64,000 nt of DNA from an uncultured Hydrogenophilales bacterium (GTDB lineage Bacteria > Pseudomonadota > Gammaproteobacteria > Burkholderiales > Thiobacillaceae): contig CAWFTM010000014.1 of the NCBI GenBank assembly GCA_963818665.1, positions 147,404-211,403 on the forward strand. The letters are read 5' to 3'. Below are positions 41,591-51,436 of the stretch, piece after piece (positions within the stretch are counted from its first letter, which is position 1; each line of letters begins with the position of its first letter). The notes beneath the pieces are model-generated. The model was not told where the DNA came from and made no database searches. It worked only from the letters and a program-made list of their open reading frames with translations. The position numbers and the translations under genes were made by a program.

Positions 41591-43423
41591 TCAATGGCGA
41601 CGGGTGGTGCCGAAATAGTTGAGGTCGGCACGCGAGCGGCGGCTGAGCTCGAAGCGTGCGGCCTCGGCGCCGCTGAACTGCCCGGCGAGCTGGCCATACA
41701 CTTCGGTTGCCCAGGGTTTGTCGTTCAGCGCATCGGCGATGCCCTCGGCCCAGCGCAGTTTGTCGGCGGGCGATTTCAGGTGGGTGCCGCACTCGGCGTA
41801 CCACTTTTTCAACGCCTCGGCCGGCAGCGCGAATCCCTTCAGGCGATCGATGAACTGGATGCAGGCGTCGCCATGGGTGCAGGTGGCTGCGGCGGCGGCA
41901 AACAGTTCGTCGGCTTTGGCCGCGTTGCCCATTGAGGCGTACAGACGGCCGATGTGGGTGAGGGCGAAATGATCCCTGGCCTGGCCGCGCGCCATCTCCA
42001 GCAGACGACCCGCCTCGGCGGCATCCTGGGTGGCGGCGTAGCTCGCCTCGGCGAGCTTGGCGGTGTCGTACACAGTGGCGTGGGCGTCCGCTGCCAGGGC
42101 GGATTCGCGCGTGGCAAGGTAGGCGCGTGCCTTGGACACGCCGAGTTCGCGGTGCTTCAGCTGCGCGGCGGTGACCACCAGATTCTTGAACGCGATGAAG
42201 TCGGTGGCGTTTTCAGCGGCACGGTCGAGCAGGCGGCCGAGCCAGGCGGTGTCGTCGAGGTTCTTGTCCACCGCCACCAGAATCGGCTTGTAGCGCGAGA
42301 ACTGGTAGCCGGTGCCGTCGAGCAGGTTCTCGGCGGATTCGATCAGTTTGGCCGAATAGAACGGATCTTCCAGTTCCAGGCGCACGCGCTCGGCCAGCGC
42401 GAGGAACTGCTTGACGCTGATGGCGTCCTTTTCCAGTTGCTGGAATTCCATATAGCGTGCGTGGTTGGCCTGGCGCTTTTCCAGCTTGGCCCTCACGCGC
42501 GTCAGGCGCTCGGCGTCGTCGGCCAGATGGGCTTCCACCGCGGTGACCAGCTTCTGCATTTCATCGAGGCCGGCGACGGCGTCTTCCGCCTTGTCCAGCA
42601 GCGCGGTAGCGCCCGGCTTGTCGCCGACGCCCGCCAGCCCCGCGGCCAGTTCGATGTATTCGCCGGTCGCGCTCGCCAGATCGCCCGCCTTCTTCAGTGC
42701 GGACTGCATGAACGCCGCGTCGCCCGCCTGTTTCGCCGATTCGATCAGCGTCTTGGCGGCGGTGAAGTCGGTTGCACCGGCGAGTGCGCGCTCATACAGC
42801 GCCTTGGCTTTCTGCGGATCGCCCAGCGTCTTGGTGACTTCGCTCGCCAGCGACAGCAGATCGGGCACGCTGGAGAGCTTGTCCGCGGCCTTGCTGAAAA
42901 TCGCCGCCGCGTACTCCTTGTCCAGCAGGTGCTCGGCCGAGGCCGCCGCCAGCTTGCTGTATTCCACCGCGCGCGAGATTTTGGCTTCGGCCTTTTCCAG
43001 GACTTTCTTGGCAAACGCGCTGTCGGCGATCACGCTCATCACGTTTTTCGCCAGATCGATCAGCGGGTCGAGGTTGCCGGTTTCCTTCAGCGCCTTCTCA
43101 TAGGCGCCCACTGCCGCGGCCTTGTCGCCCAGCACCTTGAACTTGGCTTCGGCCAGCGCGATTTGCTCATCGCCGCTCATGCAATAGTCTTCGGCGGTTT
43201 GCAGCAGTTCTTCGGCGCGGCTCTGTTCGCCCAGCGCCTTGTAGGCGATGGCGCACGCCGCCAGATCCTTGGTGAACTGGCAGCCGTCCGCCTCGCGATC
43301 CATCAATTCCCTGGCGTAAGCCGCATCCGCCGGTTCCTGCAGGGCTTCCAGCGCCAGCGCCGCGTAGTCTGCGCCGCTGCTGCATTGGGCTTCTTTGGGG
43401 GTAAGGGTGTCGCGCGTGGCCAT
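41591..43423 (-). CDS. Alpha-helical repeat (TPR-like solenoid) hypothetical protein, ~610 aa
   Basis: Recurrent ~34-aa units D..A...(Y/L).KA...A....(Y/L)..LA; GGAG RBS; native codon usage. Confidence 0.8.
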   Translation of the reverse strand: MATRDTLTPKEAQCSSGADYAALALEALQEPADAAYARELMDREADGCQFTKDLAACAIAYKALGEQSRAEELLQTAEDYCMSGDEQIALAEAKFKVLGDKAAAVGAYEKALKETGNLDPLIDLAKNVMSVIADSAFAKKVLEKAEAKISRAVEYSKLAAASAEHLLDKEYAAAIFSKAADKLSSVPDLLSLASEVTKTLGDPQKAKALYERALAGATDFTAAKTLIESAKQAGDAAFMQSALKKAGDLASATGEYIELAAGLAGVGDKPGATALLDKAEDAVAGLDEMQKLVTAVEAHLADDAERLTRVRAKLEKRQANHARYMEFQQLEKDAISVKQFLALAERVRLELEDPFYSAKLIESAENLLDGTGYQFSRYKPILVAVDKNLDDTAWLGRLLDRAAENATDFIAFKNLVVTAAQLKHRELGVSKARAYLATRESALAADAHATVYDTAKLAEASYAATQDAAEAGRLLEMARGQARDHFALTHIGRLYASMGNAAKADELFAAAAATCTHGDACIQFIDRLKGFALPAEALKKWYAECGTHLKSPADKLRWAEGIADALNDKPWATEVYGQLAGQFSGAEAARFELSRRSRADLNYFGTTRRH

Positions 43424-43532
43424 GATCGAATCTCCGTGAAAAATCTGCCGCGCAATTTTCCGCTGGCAGGGGGGCATCAGCCAATAAGTAATGTCGATGG
43501 TGGCATTAGCATTACGCGATGCCGCGCGAGAT

Positions 43533-44315
43533 CTACGCGCCTGCCGCCTTCAGCCAGTCGCGCCACAGCTCGAACAGGGCCGGGCTGGCCGAGGCGACGA
43601 CGGAGCGCTCCCAGACGTTTGCGGTATCGAAACTGCCGGACAAACTCGCCAGGCGTCCGCCGGCTTCTTCGAGAATGAGCGCACCTGCTGCGTAGTCCCA
43701 CAGCTTTTGCCCGCCGTGGACATAGATATCGAAGCGGCCGGCGGCGGTGTAACACCAGTCGAGCGTGCTGGCGCCGAAGTTGCGCTGCGAGGCGTAGGGC
43801 GGCCAGGAGGCAAGCCGTCCGGCGAGTTCGCGGTTGATGCGCTTCATCTCGACCCCGGCGAGCGAGCGCTTGAGCTCGCTGGCGGCGGGGCGCAGCGGCA
43901 GCGGCGTGCCGTTGAGATGGGCGCCGCCGCCACGCTGGGCGCTGAACATTTCATCGGCGATGGGATCGTAGACCACGCCCAGCTGGCGCTCGCCCTTGTA
44001 GAGATAGGCCACCGAGACGGCAAAATACGGCACGCCGGCGACGAAGTTGGAGGTGCCGTCGATCGGATCGACGCACCACAGGCCGTTGCGCCCGGCGTCC
44101 CAGGCGTCGTGTTGTTGCTGTTCGGTCATTTCCTCGCCCAGCACCGGCACCTTGCTGATCGCAGGCAGGGCCGCCTCCAGCGCGGCCTGCGTCGCCGCGT
44201 CGGCCTCGGTGAACAGGCTGCCGTCGGCCTTGTGGCTGTGCGCCACCTTGAGGAAGCGCGGGCTGACTTCGCGCTGCGCGATTTCCCGAACCAGAGCCTT
44301 GACGTCCTCAAGCAT
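43533..44315 (-). CDS. Inositol monophosphatase family protein
   Basis: LGEE, WCVDPIDGTSNF, WDYAAGALILEEAGG. Confidence 0.93.
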   Translation of the reverse strand: MLEDVKALVREIAQREVSPRFLKVAHSHKADGSLFTEADAATQAALEAALPAISKVPVLGEEMTEQQQHDAWDAGRNGLWCVDPIDGTSNFVAGVPYFAVSVAYLYKGERQLGVVYDPIADEMFSAQRGGGAHLNGTPLPLRPAASELKRSLAGVEMKRINRELAGRLASWPPYASQRNFGASTLDWCYTAAGRFDIYVHGGQKLWDYAAGALILEEAGGRLASLSGSFDTANVWERSVVASASPALFELWRDWLKAAGA

Positions 44316-44317
44316 GA

Positions 44318-44932
44318 TCAGGCACGCACGCAATAACAGTACACAAATTCCTGCTCCTTGCCCGTCGGGGTGTAATGGATTTCGGTTTCGTGCTTGAGCA
44401 GGCGAAAGGGCGCGCCGAATTCGGCATGCAGTGCGTCGGGTGCGTAGCGCATCACATCCAGCCCCGAGCATTGCAGCGGCCCGCCGGGGCCGAACGTCGC
44501 CACGATGACGTGGCCACCCGGCTTCACGCTTTTCAGCACCTGCGCGACATAGCGTGCGCGATCGTCCGGATCGGTCAGGAAATGAAACACCGCACGGTCG
44601 TGCCAGACGTCGTAGTGCGCAGCGGGCAGTTCCGCCTGCGTGATGTCGGCTGCGATCCATTGCACCGACTGAGCGCGTGCGCCCAGCCGCTGCCGGCTGG
44701 CCGTCAGCGCCGACTCGGCCAGATCGAGCACGGTCAGATTGCGATAGCCGGCGTCGAGCAGACCGTCCACCAGTACCGAGGCACCCCCGCCGACGTCGAT
44801 GATGTGCGCACGGGTGTCGGTGCAGCCCTGGATCAAGCGCAGCGACGACGCGGCGTGGGGCTGAAACCAGCTGACCGCGTCGGTCGCCTTGTGGTGGTAA
44901 ACCGACTCCCAGTGCTGACGATTGTCGACCAT
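44318..44932 (-). CDS. Class I SAM-dependent methyltransferase
   Basis: IIDVGGGAS; WHDRAVFHFL. Confidence 0.9.
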   Translation of the reverse strand: MVDNRQHWESVYHHKATDAVSWFQPHAASSLRLIQGCTDTRAHIIDVGGGASVLVDGLLDAGYRNLTVLDLAESALTASRQRLGARAQSVQWIAADITQAELPAAHYDVWHDRAVFHFLTDPDDRARYVAQVLKSVKPGGHVIVATFGPGGPLQCSGLDVMRYAPDALHAEFGAPFRLLKHETEIHYTPTGKEQEFVYCYCVRA

Positions 44933-44933
44933 G

Positions 44934-45492
44934 TCATTCCCCTTTCCATTTGATCGAGCAGCCCATGCCGGGAATCTGCTCGACGGGCCCGCGCTGGCTG
45001 GCAGCGATGCCCTTCATCGCCTCGAACAGGTCGCGGCGCACGCCCTCGGGCGCGGTTTCCTTGCGCGATTCGTCGAAACGGCCGCGGTACTGCAGTTCGA
45101 AATCGCGATTGAAACCGAAGAAATCCGGCGTGCACACCGCGCCGTAGGCTTTTGCCACCTGTTGCGAGGCATCGATCACGTAGGGGAAGGGGAAACCGAA
45201 TTCCGCCGCCACCGTCTTCATGTTGTCGAACGCGTCCTCGGCATAGTCGGTCGGGTCGTTCGACATGATGGCGATGGCGTGGATGCCGTGTTGTCTGAGT
45301 TCGGCCAGATCGCGCACCAGCCGCGGGCGGATCGGCCTTCACGTACGGGCAATGGTTGCAGATGAACATCACCAGCAGACCGTTCGGGCCCATGGCGTCC
45401 GTCAGTGTCCAGCGCTTGCCGTCGACGCCGGGCAGCTCGAAATCGGGCGCTTTCCAGCCAAAATCGCACACCGGGGTGGTGAGGGAAACCAT
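44934..45492 (-). CDS. Thioredoxin/AhpC-TSA family protein; frameshift near 45330
   Basis: APDFELPGVDG...FICNHCPYVK, then AVCTPDFFGF...YRGRFD...GCSIKWK in another frame. Confidence 0.88.
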
Positions 45493-45537
45493 GACGCGCT
45501 CCGCAGAAATTCGTGACAACCCCTGCATAATACCAAG

Positions 45538-46272
45538 ATGTCCGCACCGCGTTTTTATCTCGATCAGCCACTTGCGCCGGGCGCCCGCCTGAGCCTGCCG
45601 CCGGGTCCGGCGCGCCATGCTGTGCGTGCGTTGCGGCTGGCGCTGGACGACCGTATCACCCTGTTCAATGGTCGGGGCGGTGAATACACGGCGTGCATCG
45701 AGCGCATCCAGAAGGACGAGGTGGTGGTCAGCGTGACCGGCTTTGCCGATATCGAGCGCGAGTCGCGCCTGCGCGTGATGCTGGCGCAGGGCATCTCGAG
45801 CGGCGAGCGCATGGATTACACGCTGCAAAAAGCGGTCGAACTCGGGGTGGCGGCGATCCAGCCGATCGCCGCCAAGCGCAGTGTGGTCAAGCTGGCGGGC
45901 GAGCGTGCCGACAAACGGGTGGCGCACTGGCAGGGGGTAGTGGCCAGCGCCTGCGAACAATGCGGTCGCAACCGGCTGCCCGGCGTGGCGGCCCCACAGA
46001 CGCTGGCGCACTGGCTGGCTTCAGGGCCGGCCACCGAAAGTCGCTTGCTGTTTCTGTCGCCGCAGGCCGACCGGCGGCTGGCCGAGCTGGAGGCCCCTGC
46101 TGCGATGGATTGCCTGGTGGCCGGACCCGAAGGCGGCTTCGAAGCGGATGAAATCGCCGCCCTGCAGGCAGCCGGTGCCATTCCGGTTCGGCTGGGCGCG
46201 CGCGTGCTGCGCACCGAGACGGCTGCGCTGGCCGCGCTGGCCGCGATGCAAACCTTGTGGGGCGACTTCTGA
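45538..46272 (+). CDS. rsmE: 16S rRNA m3U1498 methyltransferase
   Basis: QKAVELGV, ACEQCGR, GPEGGF, LGARVLRTETA. Confidence 0.96.
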   Translation: MSAPRFYLDQPLAPGARLSLPPGPARHAVRALRLALDDRITLFNGRGGEYTACIERIQKDEVVVSVTGFADIERESRLRVMLAQGISSGERMDYTLQKAVELGVAAIQPIAAKRSVVKLAGERADKRVAHWQGVVASACEQCGRNRLPGVAAPQTLAHWLASGPATESRLLFLSPQADRRLAELEAPAAMDCLVAGPEGGFEADEIAALQAAGAIPVRLGARVLRTETAALAALAAMQTLWGDF

Positions 46273-46344
46273 GCACCCGGACTGCGTGGCGCAGGGGTTT
46301 TTCGGTATCCTTGCGCATCGCCACATCCTGACCGGGTCAATCCC

Positions 46345-47673
46345 TTGAAAGACACCGCCGATTTCGTTCACTGGTTTCGCTCCGCCGCGCCCTATATCCA
46401 CGGCTTTCGCGGCAAGACCTTTGTCATCGCGTTCGGCGGCGAACTGGTGGCGGACGGCGACTTCGTGCAGCTGGCGCACGACGTCAATCTGTTGAACAGC
46501 CTGGGGGTGCGGCTGGTGCTGGTGCATGGCGTGCGGCCGCAGGTGGAAGCGCGGCTGACCGAAAATGGCACCGCCATTCGCTATATCAATGGCCTGCGCG
46601 TCACCGACGACGCCGCGCTGGCGTGCGTCAAGGAAGCCGCCGGCACGGTGCGGGTCGAGATCGAGGCACTGCTGTCGCTGGGCATCGCCAACACGCCGAT
46701 GGCGGGCGCCGACATCCGGGTGGCGTCGGGCAATTTCGTCACCGCGCAGCCGCTGGGGGTGCGCGACGGCGTCGACCTGCTGCACACCGGTGAGGTGCGC
46801 AAGATCGACGCCGCCGCGATTCGCCGCCGCCTCGACCAGCACGACATCGTGCTGCTGTCGCCCATCGGCTATTCGCCGACCGGCGAGATTTTCAACCTCA
46901 GCCTGGAAGACGTGGCGATGCAGGCAGCCGTCGAACTGGCGGCGGACAAGCTGATTTTCCTGATGGACACCGAGGGCGTGCCCGGCAAAGGCAAAACGAT
47001 CTGCAATGCCCTCACCGTCAACGAGGCGCGGCAGTTGCTGGAAAAGTCGGGATCCGGCAAAACGCGCAAGTTGCCGGAGGACGTGACCTACTATCTGCCC
47101 TGTGCCATTACCGCGTGCACCCAGGGCGTCAAGCGCGCCCATCTCATCAGTCGCCATCGCGACGGTGCGCTGCTGTCCGAACTGTTCACCCGCGAAGGCG
47201 TCGGCACGCTCGTCACGCCGGCGCCGCTGGAAACCCTGCGTCCTGCCACCATCGACGATGTCGGCGGCATCCTCGGCCTGATCGAGCCGCTGGAACGCGA
47301 AGGCATCCTGGTGCGGCGCTCGCGCGAGTTGCTGGAAATGGAAATCGAACGTTTTCTGGTGCTCGAATCCGACGGCGTCGTGGCCGGCTGCGCGGCGCTG
47401 TATCCGTTTCCCGAGGAACAGGCCGCCGAACTCGCCTGCCTCGCGGTATCCCGCGATTTCCGGGGGCGCGGGTTTGGCGACCTGCTCCTGGCCGAGGCCG
47501 AGAAACATGGCAAGAGCGCAGGCTTCAAGCGATTGTTCGTGCTGACCACCCGCACCGAGCACTGGTTCGAGGAGCGTGGTTTTGTCGACAGCAGCCCGGA
47601 CCAATTGCCGAAGCGCAAACAGGCCCTGTACAACTACAAACGTCGATCCAAGGTCCTTGAAAAAATCATCTAG
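46345..47673 (+). CDS. argA: Amino-acid N-acetyltransferase
   Basis: FVHWFRSAAPYIHGFRGKTFVI; ELFTREGVGT; GNAT domain; YNYKRRSKVL. Confidence 0.96.
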   Translation: MKDTADFVHWFRSAAPYIHGFRGKTFVIAFGGELVADGDFVQLAHDVNLLNSLGVRLVLVHGVRPQVEARLTENGTAIRYINGLRVTDDAALACVKEAAGTVRVEIEALLSLGIANTPMAGADIRVASGNFVTAQPLGVRDGVDLLHTGEVRKIDAAAIRRRLDQHDIVLLSPIGYSPTGEIFNLSLEDVAMQAAVELAADKLIFLMDTEGVPGKGKTICNALTVNEARQLLEKSGSGKTRKLPEDVTYYLPCAITACTQGVKRAHLISRHRDGALLSELFTREGVGTLVTPAPLETLRPATIDDVGGILGLIEPLEREGILVRRSRELLEMEIERFLVLESDGVVAGCAALYPFPEEQAAELACLAVSRDFRGRGFGDLLLAEAEKHGKSAGFKRLFVLTTRTEHWFEERGFVDSSPDQLPKRKQALYNYKRRSKVLEKII

Positions 47674-47713
47674 CCAGGAGAGGTGCTTGCGTCTGCCGGC
47701 TTGTCTGGCGGAC

Positions 47714-48565
47714 ATGTCTCGCAGATCCATTCTCCGCATCCTTCTTGCGCTGCTGCTGGGCCTGGCTGTATTGCGCCCCGGCTGGGCGGCAGACGTCAGA
47801 CCGCTGGTGTTTGGGGTATTCCCCAATTTGACGGCGAAACAGACCGTCGAAATCTATCGCCCGCTGGCCAATGCGCTGGAAAAGTACCTGCACCGCCCGG
47901 TTGCCATTTACAGCGCACGCGACTTCAAGACTTTCGTCGCCCGCACGCGCCAGGGCGAATACGACATTCTGCTGACCGCGCCGCACCTGGCCTGGCTGGC
48001 GCGCCAGGACGCGGGCTATCAGCCGCTGCTGAAATATACCGAGCCGGTGCGCGGTCTGCTGGTGGTCAAATCTGCTTCGCCACTGGATGACGTGGAGGCC
48101 TTGCGCGGCCGCACCATCGCCACAGCCGACCCCATCGCTCTGGTGGTGCTGGCCATGCAGGCGGAACTGGCCGCGCGCGGGCTCAAACACAACCTCGATT
48201 ACCGCACGACGGAATCCGGCACCCACACCAACACGGTATTGCAGGTCATCAATGGCCGCGCCGACGCCGCCATGCTGGGGCTGCATCCCTACAAGCTGAT
48301 GCCGGCCGATTGGCGCCAGCAGCTGCGCGTGCTCGCCGAGACCGCGCCCTTGTCCAGCCTGATGTATCTCACCCATCCGCGGCTGCGCGACGCCGAGGTG
48401 CAGGCCATCCGCCGCGCGCTGCTGGACTTCGCCGCCAGTCCCGAGGGGAAGCTCTTCATGCAGAACGGCGGTTACGGCGGTTTCAGCCAGGTGGATGGCA
48501 GCGAATTGCGCGCCTTCCGGCCCTATGCGCTGCAAGCGCAGGAAATATTGCAGAAAGCGCAATGA
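47714..48565 (+). CDS. PhnD/phosphonate-type periplasmic substrate-binding protein (an in-frame TTG at 47687 is an alternative start)
   Basis: Signal peptide; LVFGVFP...YRPLANALEKYL; THTNTVLQVINGRADAA. Confidence 0.82.
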   Translation: MSRRSILRILLALLLGLAVLRPGWAADVRPLVFGVFPNLTAKQTVEIYRPLANALEKYLHRPVAIYSARDFKTFVARTRQGEYDILLTAPHLAWLARQDAGYQPLLKYTEPVRGLLVVKSASPLDDVEALRGRTIATADPIALVVLAMQAELAARGLKHNLDYRTTESGTHTNTVLQVINGRADAAMLGLHPYKLMPADWRQQLRVLAETAPLSSLMYLTHPRLRDAEVQAIRRALLDFAASPEGKLFMQNGGYGGFSQVDGSELRAFRPYALQAQEILQKAQ

Positions 48566-51336
48566 AGCAGTGGTTTGGCCCCCTCTCGCTGCGCTACAAA
48601 CTGACTTTCTCCGCGCTGGCGGTGGAAGCGCTGATGTTTGCCTTTCTGATCGGCAGCGGTATGCAGTCGACCAGTCTGGCGCTGCAAAGGCAGGCCGAAC
48701 AGCGCGTGCAGGAAATTGCAAAAACCCTGGCGGTGGCGTTGCAGGCGCCGCTGTCGCAACGCGACGACGCCAGCGTGCGCGACCTCGCCGAGTCGCTGCG
48801 TGGCAATGGCCTGAACATGATCGAGGTGCGCGACAGCGAGCAGCGCATCGTGCACCAGGTTGGCGACGGCGGCAGCGAAACCGATTTCCGCGCGACGCAC
48901 CCGGTCAAGCTGGCCGGCCAGGATTATGGCAACGTCACCCTGGTGTTGTCGGGCGCTTTCATTCAGGAAGCGCGCACCCACTATATCCGGCAAAGCCTGA
49001 TGGTGGCCGTGGCCGCGCTGCTGTTGACCGGCTTCCTGCTGGCCTGGACGACACGCGGGCTGATTCGCCGCTTTGATGCCCTGACCCTTGCCAGCAAACG
49101 CATGGCGCAGGGCGACCTGGACGTCAAACTGGCCGGAGAAGGCGAGGACGAAATCGGCCAGCTGATCGGCACCTTCAACCGCATGGCTGAATCGGTTCGA
49201 TTCAACGTCGAACGGGCACGCGAGAACGAGGCGCGCTTCCATGCCATCGCCGATTACACCCACGATCTCGAATTCTGGCTGTCGCCGGAAGGCAAGCTGC
49301 TGTGGGTCAATCCCTCGGTCGAACGGATGCTGGGCTATACCGTCGGCGAGTGCATGGGAGGCATGGAATTTCCGGCGGACATTTTCCACCCGGACGACCG
49401 CGCCGCCGCCGATTTTCAATTGCGCCAGGCGCTGCGCGGCACCTCGGGCCAGGGCTACACCTTCCGTGTCTGCCGCAAGGACGGCGGCCATTTCTGGGCC
49501 CTGGCGAACTGGCAGCCGATTCACGATTACAGCGGCGTCTATCAGGGCATCCGCGCCAGCGTCCACAGCATCGACGACATCAAGTCGACCGAGGCCAGCC
49601 TGCGCCAGGCGCTGAACGAACTGCGGGCGGCGGAAAGCCTGCAGGGCAAGTACCTGGAAGAAACCGAGCAGGAACGCGCACGCCTGATTTCGCTGCTGTC
49701 GGCGATGAATCTGGGCATCCTGTTCGTGGCCTCCGACAGCCGGGTGATCTACCACAACCCGGCTTTCAGCCGCATGTGGATGATCGAGGAGGGCACCGGG
49801 CTGGTCGGTCTGCCGGTGCACGAGGTGCTGGCCAAGTCCAGCTCGATGCTGGCGCATCCCGATCATTTCTCGCGCCATCTGCTGTCGGTGCTGGAAACGC
49901 GCGAGTTGTCCGACAGCTTCGAAATCCAGATGACCGATGGCCGCGTGATCACCGAGCTCGATTACCCGGTGCGTGACCGCGAAGGCCACTTCATCGGCCA
50001 CCTGTGGATTTACGAGGACGTCACCCGCGAGCGTCAGACGGCCGAGCAGCTGGTGTATCTGGCCGAGCGCGATGCCCTTACCGGGCTGTATAACCGCCAC
50101 CGCTTCCAGCAGGAACTGACACGCACCATGCTGGAAACCGACCGCCACCAGATCCAGTGCGCGGTGATGTTCTTCGATCTCGACGAGTTCAAGACCATCA
50201 ACGACAGTTACGGCCACCGCGCCGGCGACGCCCTGCTGATCCGGGTGGCGGGCGAAATCGGCGCCCTGGTGCGACGCAACGAGGTGCTGGCGCGCCTGGG
50301 GGGCGACGAGTTCGCCATTCTGCTGCCCGCCGCGCAGGCCAACGAAGCCGAAGCGCTGGCCGATCGCGTGGTGCATGCGATCGCGCAGATCCCGTTCCGC
50401 TTCGAGGGGCGCAACCTGCGCGCCACCACCAGCCTCGGCATCGCCTATTATCCGGCGCATGCCGCCGATGCCGATGACCTGGTGGCGCGGGCCGATATTG
50501 CGATGTATCAGGCCAAGCAGGCCGGCAAGAACACCTGGCGCGTGTTCCGCGCGGACAGCAGCGCCGACACTGAAATGCGCAGCCGTCTGTCGTGGAGCGA
50601 ACGCATCAGCAATGCGCTCGAAAAAGGCCTGTTCCGGCTCCACTTCCAGGGCGTGTACCGTGCGGAAGACGGCGCCCTGTCGCATCTGGAAGCGCTCATC
50701 CGCATGATCGACGAGCGTAATCCCGAGCAGCTCATCATGCCGGTGCATTTCATTCCGCTGGCCGAGAAAAGCGGGCGCATTCTCGATATCGACCGCTGGG
50801 TGATCCGCGAGGTGCTGCGCATGCTGTCCGCGCATCCGTCCATTCCGTCCATCGCAATCAATCTGTCCGGCCGTTCGCTGTCCGAGCCCAGCCTGCCGCA
50901 GTTCATCAGCGACGAGCTGCGGCATGGGGGGGTCAATCCGAGCCGCCTGATCGTTGAAATCACCGAAACCGCTGCTGTGTCCGACCTGCACGATGCCCAG
51001 CGCATGATCGAAGCGCTGCGCCAGTTGGGGTGCGGCATCTGCCTCGACGATTTCGGCGTCGGTTTTTCCTCCTTCGCCTACCTCAAGCATCTCGACGTCG
51101 ACACCATCAAGATCGACGGCCTCTTCATCCGCGACCTGCCGAACGACCCCGACAATCAGGTGTTCGTGCAGGCCATGGTCAGCGTCGCGCTCGGGCTGGG
51201 CAAATCGGTGGTGGCGGAATACGTCGAAGACGGCAAGACGCTGGCCCTGCTGCGCCGCTTCGGCATCGATCTGGTGCAGGGCTATCATCTGGACCACCCG
51301 GTGGCCGACCATCCGGCACTGCAGGGCAAAACCTAG
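48562..51336 (+). CDS. Membrane diguanylate cyclase/phosphodiesterase (TM, HAMP, PAS, PAS, GGDEF, EAL)
   Basis: DALTGLYNR, DLDEFKTINDSYGH, RLGGDEF, LEALIR, LDDFGVG, KIDG; ATGA overlap with the binding-protein gene. Confidence 0.95.
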   Translation: MKQWFGPLSLRYKLTFSALAVEALMFAFLIGSGMQSTSLALQRQAEQRVQEIAKTLAVALQAPLSQRDDASVRDLAESLRGNGLNMIEVRDSEQRIVHQVGDGGSETDFRATHPVKLAGQDYGNVTLVLSGAFIQEARTHYIRQSLMVAVAALLLTGFLLAWTTRGLIRRFDALTLASKRMAQGDLDVKLAGEGEDEIGQLIGTFNRMAESVRFNVERARENEARFHAIADYTHDLEFWLSPEGKLLWVNPSVERMLGYTVGECMGGMEFPADIFHPDDRAAADFQLRQALRGTSGQGYTFRVCRKDGGHFWALANWQPIHDYSGVYQGIRASVHSIDDIKSTEASLRQALNELRAAESLQGKYLEETEQERARLISLLSAMNLGILFVASDSRVIYHNPAFSRMWMIEEGTGLVGLPVHEVLAKSSSMLAHPDHFSRHLLSVLETRELSDSFEIQMTDGRVITELDYPVRDREGHFIGHLWIYEDVTRERQTAEQLVYLAERDALTGLYNRHRFQQELTRTMLETDRHQIQCAVMFFDLDEFKTINDSYGHRAGDALLIRVAGEIGALVRRNEVLARLGGDEFAILLPAAQANEAEALADRVVHAIAQIPFRFEGRNLRATTSLGIAYYPAHAADADDLVARADIAMYQAKQAGKNTWRVFRADSSADTEMRSRLSWSERISNALEKGLFRLHFQGVYRAEDGALSHLEALIRMIDERNPEQLIMPVHFIPLAEKSGRILDIDRWVIREVLRMLSAHPSIPSIAINLSGRSLSEPSLPQFISDELRHGGVNPSRLIVEITETAAVSDLHDAQRMIEALRQLGCGICLDDFGVGFSSFAYLKHLDVDTIKIDGLFIRDLPNDPDNQVFVQAMVSVALGLGKSVVAEYVEDGKTLALLRRFGIDLVQGYHLDHPVADHPALQGKT

Positions 51337-51436
51337 ACGCAGGCTTCGCGGTTCCTGCGGCAAGACGCGCGCCATGGTCGTGAGGGCGCGATGGTAAAAT
51401 GCCGCGCTTTACTCGACACGCCCCAGGAACCCCGCC

